From positions 1,582 through 65,581 of the forward strand of contig CAZUBO010000002.1 in NCBI GenBank assembly GCA_964618955.1: 64,000 bases of DNA, written 5' to 3'. This stretch comes from an uncultured Candidatus Saccharibacteria bacterium. GTDB taxonomy: Bacteria > Patescibacteriota > Minisyncoccia > UBA6257 > JAKLIH01. Made by a program: the position numbers and the translations under genes. A model generated the notes under the pieces. The model was not told where the DNA came from. It was given only the letters and a program-made list of their open reading frames with translations, and searched no databases. Shown piece after piece: positions 54,539 through 63,958 of this stretch (positions are counted from its first letter, which is position 1; every line of letters starts with the position of its first letter).

Positions 54539-56323
54539 ATGTCTATTTTTTCTTCAAAAAAACAAGATAGTGAGACTGATAAGTTGATTAATGATAGTCG
54601 TTCAGGCTATGCTAAAGCCGTAGCTTCTTTACGAGATATCATTTCTCCTTCAGGATTGGTAGTGAATACAACTTCCTTAAAATTAGGAGGAACTTTTGTA
54701 AGGACTTTGTTTATTCTAACTTATCCAAGATATTTAAGCCCAGGGTGATTCTCTTCGATTATCAATTTTGATTCCGCTACAAACTTATCAATATTTTATC
54801 ATCCAATTGATAATTCAAGTATTCTAAGACAGTTACGAAAGAAGTTGGGAGATGTTGGTGCTCAAATACAGTTAGAAGCTGAGAAAGGAGCCCCAAGGAA
54901 TCCAGCTTTGGAAACCGCTATAGAAGATATTGAGAATTTAAGGCAAGCAATAGTTCAGGGAACGGAAAAGATGTTTAGAGTTTCCGTATATATTACTATC
55001 ATGGCTAATTCTGAAAAAGAATTAAATGATACTGAGAATAAGATCAATAGCTTCTTAGAGAGTAAATTAATTTATCCAAAGCCAGCTCACTTTAGACATT
55101 TTGAAGGTTATGAATGTACGGTTCCAGTATGTTTGGATCGCTTAGGTTATGGGACATTATTGAATTCTACTCCAGCTTCAACTTTGTTTCCTTTCATATC
55201 GGCGAATTTAACACAAAATACAGGTATTATGTATGGTATTAATTTAATTAATAACAGCTTAGTTATCTTTGATAGATTTAGTTTAGAGAATGCTAATATG
55301 TGTGTATTCGGAACTTCGGGTAGTGGTAAGAGTTATGCTGTAAAGACTCATGCAATTCGAGAATTAATGATGGGATCAGATATTTTAATTATTGATCCAG
55401 AGAATGAATACGAATACTTAGCTAAAGCTGTTGGTGGAGAGAGCTATAAAATAGCTGTAGCTTCTAAGGACCATATCAATCCTTTTGATTTACCAATCAT
55501 TACGAGTGACGAAACTGTTGGGGAAGTATTTAGAAGCCATATTTTGAATTTGATTGGATTGATTAAGATTTTGTTAGGAGGATTAAGTCCTATGGAAGAG
55601 GTTACAATAGATCAAGCAATTACTTTGACTTATGCTTCAAGAAATATCAATCCAGAAGCTGATACTGCTAATGAGAATATGCCAGTACTAGAAGACTTGG
55701 TGAATGTTTTAAATACTATGGAAGGTGGAGCAAACTTAGCAGCTAAGCTATATAAATACACCAAGGGAACTTACGGAGAATTTTTAAATCATCCTACAAA
55801 TATTAATATTAATAACAAATTTGTTGTTTTTAATATTAATGATTTAGAAGAAGAGTTACGACCTATAGCTATGTATATTTTATTAAACTATGTTTGAAAT
55901 AGCGTTAAGAAAGTTATGAAGAGAAGAATTCTAATTATAGAAGAAGCTTGATTATTAATGAAGTTCAAAGAGAGTGCTAACTTTATGTTGAGCTTTGCTA
56001 AGAGAGCTAGAAAATATTACTTGGGATTAACTACAATTACCCAAGACTTAGATGACTTTTTGAAGTCACCTCAAGGTATTCCAATAATTACAAATTCAAG
56101 TATTAAATTGTTATTCAAACAATCAACTGCTACAATAAAGCAATTGACTGAGACTTTACAATTAACTGAAGTAGAGAAGAATTTATTAACCCAGATAGAG
56201 ATTGGTTCGGGGTTATTCTTAGCAGGGGACAAACATACTTTAATTCAAGTAGTAGCTTCGTATACTGAAGATCAGTTAATTACTTCAGATCCCGAAAGAC
56301 TGATGGCTTTAAAAAACCAATAA
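54539..56323 (+). CDS. VirB4-family type IV secretion ATPase (central + C-terminal ATPase domains, 594 aa)
   Basis: YPRYLSPG-W-FSSII, Walker A GTSGSGKS, IIDPENEY, Walker B-like ILIIEEA-W, TTITQDLDDF. Three fragments are in one frame, joined by TGA. Confidence 0.85.
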
Positions 56324-56333
56324 GAATTAAATT

Positions 56334-57137
56334 ATGCCAGCACCTTTAATTGCTGCCGGAGCAAAAGTAGTAGCGGGTAATATTGCCAAAAGAGAGGCTG
56401 CGAAACAAGCAGCTAAGATGGCTGCCAAAGCTGCTGCTAAAAAAACAGCTGAAGGGGTTGCTAAAAAGACGGCCGAGAAAGTTGGATCTCAAGCTGTTAA
56501 AAGTGGAGTAAAGAATATTCCAATTAAAAGACCTCCTAACAAATTTACACAAGGTTTTAGACAAGCAAATGATATATCGGATAAAGTTCAACAAGCTCAG
56601 AACATATCAAATACTGGAAATGCAAAAGAAGAAGAGAAACAAAAAGAACCTGCTCAAAAAACAACTTTTCTAAATAGAGTTTTAAATCAAAATACCAATA
56701 AAGAAAATGCAACTAATAAGTTTGATTATCGAAAAACATTTAGTGATAAAGGCCAAGTTGATAATGAGAATTCTCAACCTGTCAAAAAACAAGATAAGGG
56801 ATGATATAACGCAGCTATGTTTATGGCTATATGAAAGGATGCTGTTGAGATAGGATTGAATTTAATTGCTTTGGGTTGATTAGGTCCGATACTTAGTTTT
56901 TTACCGACAATTGTGCTAACATTTATATTGTTTATGTCAGGAAAGAAAAGCACTATAAAGATTGTATCTTATTTCTTAGTATTAGTACTAGACTTATTAC
57001 TACCAGGATTTAATGCCTTGCCAGTTACTGTGATTGCTACTTTCATTGTATTCCATATTAAACCAGAAGCCATAAAAGGTTTAGACAAGAATAATGCAAA
57101 TAAAGGGATCGAAATTATTAAAAAGTTTATAAAATAA
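56334..57137 (+). CDS. Hypothetical protein: Ala/Lys-rich N-terminus + multi-TM C-terminus (267 aa)
   Basis: AAGAKVVAGNIAKREAAKQAAKMAAKAAAKKTAEGVAKKTAEK, then a polar linker, then 3-4 TM helices restored through three TGAs. Confidence 0.55.
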
Positions 57138-57141
57138 ATAT

Positions 57142-58212
57142 ATGGTAAAATCTAAATACAAAAAAATTCTATTAGTTTTGGTCATTTTGTTCTTGACGAT
57201 ATCTAACATTACTCGAGTATATGCTCAAGTCAACACAATGACTACCGATCCAAATGTTATAAAACAAGAACTTAAAGCTGAAGGTGTTGGATATATATTC
57301 CAAGTTGGTATTCCTGGTATAGTAGGAGCTAATGCAAAGCTACCGATTACCGGATTGGGTACATTAGTAAACGGTATTATCACCTTGGCTTATAGAATTG
57401 CCATGTTACTTGTTTTATATAAAATAGTAAGCATTGGTTTTAAATATATGACTAGTAAGGGAAACGCCGACATAGTTAGCAGCGTTTCTAAAGGAATGAA
57501 AAATGTTCTAATTGGAATTTTAATTTTATTTGGATCTTATTTAATCTTAAGAACTATTAATCCAGATTTAACAAAAATACCGCAAAATATAAACTGCCCA
57601 AAGGGCACAGCTATTTGTGATGACGCCACTGGTTCTAATTATACTCAAAATAAAGTAGCTTGTCCTTTGCCAGGAGGCACTGTTAGCGTAGACAATCGCA
57701 CAGCTGATGAATTAGAAAATGACATGGGGATAGGGTCTGATAAGTCAATGTTTGACGATGGAATTACAGAAGATGAAGTTAATAAGTTTATTTCATCAAA
57801 TTATGGATCTTTGTATCAAAGTGGTGATTGAACAAATGCTAAAAAAGATTTGTTGTCAGGAAAAGTATCTACTAATATTTGATCAGCAATTAAAAAATTA
57901 ATTGAAAATAAAAATAATTGATTAAGCCCAGATTGTTGAGATAAGATAGAGTTTGGTCCAATCTATACGGGGCATGTAAAAGCAGGAGACTATGAATCGT
58001 GTCATGACTCATATGATGCAGTTGATTTAGTCGTTAGAGATGGTCTTGGAAATCATGACAGAGATGCTGCTAAAGCTTGCATGGAAGATGCTTTAACATA
58101 TCTAAGAGCATATGTATCCGAAGTTACGGCTTGCGACGAAAGAGAATGTCCGCCACCTCATATTCATATACAAGACGTTAATTGTAAGGTTGGATGTAGA
58201 GTTTGTCCTTAA
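57142..58212 (+). CDS. VirB2/TrbC-like pilin module fused to a Cys-rich domain with LAS-type zinc-peptidase-like motifs (356 aa)
   Basis: Signal peptide ending VYAQ. Two hydrophobic helices separated by KYMTSKGNADIVSSVSKGMKN (VirB2-like hairpin). C-terminal domain with about 12 Cys, SCHDSYDAVD (H-x6-D) and PPHIHIQD (H-x-H). Four in-frame TGAs. Confidence 0.5.
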
Positions 58213-58224
58213 GATAATACAATC

Positions 58225-58255
58225 AAAAACCTCCGAAGTAATTCGGAGGTTTTTT
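58225..58255. terminator. Strong bidirectional terminator closing the T4SS-like operon (overlaps the jag stop)
   Basis: aaaaacctccgaa gtaa ttcggaggttttt. Confidence 0.8.
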
Positions 58256-58724
58256 AATTTCGATAGTTTATCACTACACATCTGTTAGGATTATCTCCCT
58301 CGGATTCACTAGTTAAGTCAGGGTAGAGGGAGATCTCATTATGAATTAATTTTCGGTCTCTAGCGGTCATGGGGTCTAGTTTGACTGGTGTTTTAAAGAT
58401 CATGACGCGTTGAGCAGCCTTCTTGGCTAGGTCTTGGAGTTCACGTTGATGGTTGAGTCTATAGCCGTTGATATCAACTTCAACTCTTCAGATAGGACCA
58501 GTAGTATTGTTTAGATTGGCAATATCAGTTAAGACAATTTCAAAAGCATCGAGGTTAGAACCGAATCTTCCGATGAATAAACTAGCTGTCATTGGAATAT
58601 TGATAGTTACAAAGATTTTATGTTCTGATTCTATTTGTCTTACTTCAATCTCATGACCGTAAGTATTACAGTTCTTGAAGAAGACATTAAGAATATTTTT
58701 TATAACTTCGATGTTTTGTTCCAT
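58254..58724 (-). CDS. jag: Jag-like KH + R3H RNA-binding protein
   Basis: KH-like N-part (IGRFGSNLDAFE). After one TGA, an R3H-type C-part (LDPMTARDRKLIHNEI). Sits directly downstream of yidC, as in many bacteria. Confidence 0.8.
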
Positions 58725-58725
58725 A

Positions 58726-59406
58726 TTATTTAATTACTTTCTTTCTAATATATATTGTTTGAGCGATATTAATTACAGTTAGAATTGTTCAGTAAAGGAA
58801 GATGGCACTCTTGAAGCTCTTGAAATTAAGAATGAAGATTACTGGGAAGACATAGGTGAAGATCTTCATTATATTCTTCTGAGGATCATCATTGCTAAGA
58901 TGCTTTAGAGTTATTAAACCATGCATTACTTGAGTAACTGTTGCTAGGATTGCTAGGATAATACTTGGTTTGGATAGGTCAAATAATCCTAGGAAGGAAT
59001 GACTGATAGGACTTTTAACTAGGTTAGCTAATGTTGGGTAAAGGAATTTGAAGAAGTCAGGTCTAACGGCTACAGAGAAGGCACTGAATAAGCCAAAGAT
59101 AACAAAGATTTGGAAGAAAGCAAAGAAGAAGGCAAAGCTAGGATTGATCTTATTAGTCTTATAGACTTCTAAGAGTAATGCAGTTTGTTGCTGAGGATTG
59201 GCTTTGTTTTCAGCTTGGATTTTCTTTAATTCAGGTTGAATCTTTTGCATTTTCTTTTGGAGAACTTCATTTTGAGTGAATAGAGGCCATAAAAGAAGTC
59301 TAACAAAGACAGTAGCAAGAATAATACTTAGACCAAAATCTTTTAATAAATAAAAACAAAAGAAGAGGATATTAATTATTGGCTTTCAAAAAAATGTTTG
59401 GAACAT
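58726..59406 (-). CDS. yidC: Membrane protein insertase YidC/Oxa1 (short form, 226 aa)
   Basis: ILATVFVRLLLWPL..QKKMQKIQPELKKIQ..NP motifs. ORF 58789..59250 extended on both sides through TGAs. I hand-translated it. Confidence 0.88.
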
Positions 59407-59411
59407 ATAGT

Positions 59412-59744
59412 TTATTTAATTTTATTAAAAAGATATTGGACTTCGGTTTTAATCTCTTCAAAAAGCATGTCTTGAATATTGGTTTTGATTACCAAAACAA
59501 AATCAAAGCTAGACGGAAGAGAAGGAATTAAGTCTCTAACTATACTTCTTAAGATTCTTTTGAAATGGTTTCGGGTTACAGCTTTTTTGAAAGTTTTGTT
59601 AGAGACGACAAAGGCAAAACGAGAGTTAGAGATTTCGTTTTTAGCAAAGTTGATAATTAATCCTTTGCCAAAAACGCTTTGCTTATTACTAAAGACTTTT
59701 TTAATATCAGTTTCTTTTTTGAGACGATATTTTAAAGCTAACAT
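59412..59744 (-). CDS. rnpA: Ribonuclease P protein component
   Basis: 110 aa, basic. RFAFVVSNK..AVTRNHFKRILR (RNR-like motif). Position between rpmH and yidC. Confidence 0.88.
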   Translation of the reverse strand: MLALKYRLKKETDIKKVFSNKQSVFGKGLIINFAKNEISNSRFAFVVSNKTFKKAVTRNHFKRILRSIVRDLIPSLPSSFDFVLVIKTNIQDMLFEEIKTEVQYLFNKIK

Positions 59745-59748
59745 AGTG

Positions 59749-59889
59749 TTAAGCGCTTAATTTGACTCTACCTTTCATGCGACGGCCTTTAACGACTTTT
59801 TTCCCAGCACAGGTTGATTGTCTAGCTAAAAAACCAAACTTTCTTGCTCTTTTAACCTTACTTGGTTGATAAGTTCTTTTTGTTGCCAT
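59749..59889 (-). CDS. rpmH: 50S ribosomal protein L34
   Basis: [46 protein letters not shown]. Confidence 0.95.
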   Translation of the reverse strand: MATKRTYQPSKVKRARKFGFLARQSTCAGKKVVKGRRMKGRVKLSA

Positions 59890-60215
59890 AATATATAGTT
59901 TTAGTATTTAATAGTTATATGATAACATATTTTTTTGTAGAAAACAAGGGGGAAAATTAGTTAAGAAAAGAAGGTTTTTTGATAACTTTACTGTACCACA
60001 TTAAGGAGTGAAAATTTCATTGTATGGTATATCTAGGACCAGGGACATCATTGACGCTCTATCCTTTCATTTTAGCACTGCAAAAAGATAGAAGATATTG
60101 GCATTTCTAGTGTTTTGTACTAGAATGAGCATGGTAGTTAATTTTAGTATCTATTCATTGAAATTTTAATATATTTATGATATATTTGCAATATATTAAA
60201 TTTAATAAAATACTT

Positions 60216-60821
60216 ATGGCAAATTATGCTTTTATAGATGTACAAAATACTGACACAACAACAAAAGGGTTGTTAGGTTTTTCTACAGATTGGTTAAAAT
60301 TATTTCGTTTTCTAAAGAATAAAAAGAGTTGCGAGAAAGTATTTTTTTATACCGGAGTTTACGAAGGAGATCTAGAGACGATAAGCGTTATAGAAAGTTT
60401 AGAAAGAGAAGGTTGTATAATGAGAAAAAAATTATTACGCCTTTATAAAAGAAAAAACCGAGAAATAAATGTGGTATGTCCAAATTGCAATCATATGTTT
60501 ATTAAATATATTAACACTGGGTACGATCATAAAGCCAATTGCGATGTTGATTTAACGGTAGACGCAATGCAGTTGATTGATAAAGAAAATCGATTCTATT
60601 TCTTTACTGGCGATGGTGATTTCGAATACTTGGCCGAAATGGCCGCTAAAAACAATAATAAAGTAACGATAGTTTCTAGCAGTAAAAAAATTAAAGATGG
60701 TCCAAATCATTATTTCTCAAGATTATCCACCAAATTAAGAGCTTTGACTTTTTCTTATAGAGGAATTATTAATTTTGAAGATATAAATAATTATCGGCAA
60801 GTTATTGAGAAAAAAGAATAA
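60216..60821 (+). CDS. NYN-domain (LabA/DUF88-like) predicted RNase with inserted zinc ribbon
   Basis: AFIDVQN start, CDVDLTVDA, FTGDGDFEYL acidic motifs of PIN-like NYN domains. CPNC..x..H..C insert. No TGA. Trp encoded as TGG. Confidence 0.7.
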   Translation: MANYAFIDVQNTDTTTKGLLGFSTDWLKLFRFLKNKKSCEKVFFYTGVYEGDLETISVIESLEREGCIMRKKLLRLYKRKNREINVVCPNCNHMFIKYINTGYDHKANCDVDLTVDAMQLIDKENRFYFFTGDGDFEYLAEMAAKNNNKVTIVSSSKKIKDGPNHYFSRLSTKLRALTFSYRGIINFEDINNYRQVIEKKE

Positions 60822-60837
60822 AAAAATGGAAAGGAAG

Positions 60838-60864
60838 CGAAGCGCGACCTTTCCTAATGTTATT
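60838..60864 (+). terminator. GC-rich hairpin after the NYN gene
   Basis: ggaaagg aagcgaagcgcga cctttcc. Confidence 0.45.
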
Positions 60865-61157
60865 TATATATTATCATATTTTATAAAAAAATGCAATAGT
60901 AAAGGTATTAAAATATACTCTGATAGAAGGGCATAGGATTTTTTGTTTTTTATCTTTTCTCCATCTATAGAACTAAAGGTTGTCAATAATGCTACGGTTT
61001 TTATACTAATTTGCCAGTTCTAAAATCACAATAATTCTTATCCCCACCTTTTCCACAGAAAGACGATAAAAAAGGCGTTATTGTATTGAAAATTTTTGAA
61101 AAAGCAGTTATACTATTATTACTAATTGACTTGCAGAAAAATACTAAACTGATTCTT

Positions 61158-62558
61158 ATGAATGCAGATGAATTGAAAAAATTATGAAAAGACGTAATGT
61201 CAGAAATAGAACTAAATATTTCTAGAGCAAATTTTGTTACTTGATTTAAGAATAGTGCTATTATCGATAAGAATAAAGATACGGTAACCGTAGCTACTAA
61301 TTCTAATTTTGCTAAAGAATGATTAGAGAATAGATACAATAAATATATTAAGAAGGCTTTAGAGAAGTTAGCTCCGGAAATTAAGAATGTAATATATAAA
61401 GTAGAATCAATTGAGAATATTCAGAAATTCCAAACAGCAATTGAAGAAGGAAAGAAGACTGAAGTAGTAAAAGTTAAAAAGCCAGCTGAGCAAACTGATT
61501 CTTTAACTAAGATTGCTCAAGATCCAAATACTAATTTAAATTCAAAATATACTTTTGATAATTTAGTAGTTGGTTCTCACAATGAATTAGCTCATGCAGC
61601 AGCTTTAGCGGTATTAGATAATTTAGGTTCCAAATACAATCCTTTGTTTATTTATGGAGGAGTTGGATTAGGGAAGACTCATTTAATGCAAGCTTTAGGA
61701 AATGCTTTTAGACAGAGTAACAAAAAATTAAATATCTGATATATCAATACTGAGAAATTAGTTAATGATATTATTGGATCTATTCGTGAACAAACAATTG
61801 ATACAGTAAAGAAGCAATACAAAAAGTTAGATATATTATTGATTGATGATATTCAATTCTTAGCTAATAAAGAAAAGACTCAGGAAGAAGTATTCCATAT
61901 CTTTAATACTCTGTATGATGCTAACAAACAAATTGTCTTTACGTCTGACCGACCACCAAAGGCAATACCAGGATTAGAAGAGAGATTACGATCACGGTTT
62001 GAAGGTGGAATGGTAGCTGATATTAGTCTACCTAATTACGAGACTAGAGTCGCAATATTGAAGAATAAACTACGAGAGAAGAAGACGAATTTACCAGATG
62101 AAATTATTGACTATATTGCTCAGAATATTACTAATAACGTTAGAGAATTAGAAGGGGCTTTAAATACGTTATTAATTAACTTTGAAGTTAAGAAGATTAC
62201 TCCAAGTATTGAATTATCAAAGAAGTTGTTAGAAGATTTTATTAAGAAGCCAAAGAAGATGGTGACGCCTAATGATGTTTTAAAGTTAGTATCAGCTTTC
62301 TATGATATTTCAGTTGATAAGATCAAAGGGGAATCACGAAGGAAAGACTTGGTAAAGGCAAGACAAATTACTATGTATATCTTACGAGATGTTGTGAAGT
62401 TATCTTATCCAGCTATTGGAGAAGTTTTTAATCACAAAGACCATACAACAGTAATGCATTCATGTAAGAAGATTGAAGACGAGAAATTAAAGGATAGTGT
62501 ATTAAATCAAGAGTTAGAATCGATAATTGAAAAGTTGAATTATGATGTGTTTAACTAG
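61158..62558 (+). CDS. dnaA: Chromosomal replication initiator DnaA
   Basis: The N-terminus has three TGAs (61185, 61242, 61320) exactly where E. coli and B. subtilis DnaA have Trp. Walker [20 protein letters not shown], box VII/VIII, C-terminal DNA-binding HTTV motif. Confidence 0.95.
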
Positions 62559-62826
62559 TGGAAAAAATTGTTGATAACCTTAGGTTAAAAATGTTGAAAA
62601 GTATTGTATAATAATTGCCAGAATTTAATAATAAGTTATACTGAAAAGTTATTGGAAGTTGTCTACTAGTTAGGGTTGAGTTATACAAGAGTGAAATTTG
62701 AAAAAAGATAGTACTGAATTGAATAAAGTTAGTTATCCACTTTTCCACCGAGCTAATAGTAATAAGAATTTATATTTATATTTTAAAAATAAAAAATACA
62801 ATTAATAAAACTATTAAAAATATTAT
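62559..62826. other. Candidate oriC (dnaA-dnaN intergenic region)
   Basis: DnaA-box-like 9-mers ttatccact (62733), ttttccacc (62741) and the complement of ttttccact (62557), followed by an almost pure A/T stretch at 62761..62826. Additional boxes ttatcccca (61038) and ttttccaca (61049) lie upstream of dnaA. Confidence 0.55.
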
Positions 62827-63942
62827 ATGAAATTTACATGTTTAACTACAAACTTACAAAAGGCAGTTAATGTTTGTGAAAAAATTACTAATAGAAATTT
62901 AAGTTTGCCAATCTTAAATAATATTTTAATTAAGACAGTTAAGAATCAATTGCAATTGGTTTCAACCGACTTAGAGATTGGGTTGAATTATTATGTAGCG
63001 GGAGAAGTTAAAGAAGAGGGGAGTATTATAATCCCAGCTAAATTACTATTAGGATTAATTAATAATTTAAAAGAAGAAAAGATTACGTTAGAAACTAAGA
63101 AAGATAAGTTATATATCCAAACTAAGGATTTTGATTTGAATGTTCAAGGTTTTGATAGCACTGATTTTCCAATCATTCCTAGAATTGAAAGCGAAGATAG
63201 CTTGGATATTGAAGCTAATGAATTGTTATTGACTTTAAATCAAGTTATTAAAAGTGCTAATGCTGGATTTAATAAACCAGAATTAAATAGTGTATATTTT
63301 AATGTTGATAATGACGAGATGTTCTTTGTAAGTACGGATAGTTTTAGATTATCGGAAAAGCAATTAAATAAAAATGCGTATAAATTCAGCGGGAAGAAGG
63401 ATGTAAAGATGATAGTTCCAATCAAAACTATTCAAGAGGTTATTTTGATTTTACAGAATTTTGATGATGTAAATAATAAGATTAAGATCTATTTCTCAAA
63501 CAATCAAGTGTTCTTTGATTTCGGGAATGTAAATTTGATTTCTCGTTTGATTGAAGGGGAATTTCCTAATTACAAGAATATTATTCCAAAGACTTTCCAG
63601 ACTAAAGTTCAAATAAACAAAGAGACTTTAGCAGAATCAATTAAATTAATCAGTTTATTAAGTAGTCAAATTAAAGATTTGAATATTCAATTTGATTCTA
63701 AAAAACAAGAGATGATATTGAAGGGGGCTGACGTTAATAAAGGCGAAGGAGTCTATCGGTTGAAATGTGTTATTGATGGCTATGATGCGAAGATCTGTTT
63801 TAATTATAGCTATATCTTGGATGGGTTGGACTGTATTAATAATGACGAAGTCTTCTTTGGAATTAATGAAGACAGTCCCGCATTAATAAAGTCTACTGGA
63901 GACGATAACTTTATATATGTTTTAATGCCAATTAGGATTTAA
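62827..63942 (+). CDS. dnaN: DNA polymerase III beta sliding clamp
   Basis: Uninterrupted 371-aa ORF. Three-domain clamp with LSTDLEIG, FVSTDSFRL, LIEGEFPNY motifs. Sits directly after dnaA. Confidence 0.93.
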   Translation: MKFTCLTTNLQKAVNVCEKITNRNLSLPILNNILIKTVKNQLQLVSTDLEIGLNYYVAGEVKEEGSIIIPAKLLLGLINNLKEEKITLETKKDKLYIQTKDFDLNVQGFDSTDFPIIPRIESEDSLDIEANELLLTLNQVIKSANAGFNKPELNSVYFNVDNDEMFFVSTDSFRLSEKQLNKNAYKFSGKKDVKMIVPIKTIQEVILILQNFDDVNNKIKIYFSNNQVFFDFGNVNLISRLIEGEFPNYKNIIPKTFQTKVQINKETLAESIKLISLLSSQIKDLNIQFDSKKQEMILKGADVNKGEGVYRLKCVIDGYDAKICFNYSYILDGLDCINNDEVFFGINEDSPALIKSTGDDNFIYVLMPIRI

Positions 63943-63958
63943 AAATTAAAAGACAAAT

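Noticed and set aside
48878-58212. An integrative conjugative element or prophage carrying the T4SS-like genes.
   Set aside because: There is no integrase, relaxase, coupling protein, replication module, phage structural gene or flanking att-like repeat. The flanks are core housekeeping genes and codon usage (TGA=Trp) is native. Elements outside the window cannot be excluded.
60003-60090. A possible small peptide gene (AAGGAG followed by GTG/TTG, about 23-27 codons) in the rpmH-NYN spacer.
   Set aside because: It is too short, with a non-ATG start and no recognisable motif. It cannot be supported from sequence alone. It is kept only as part of the note on unexplained spacer DNA.
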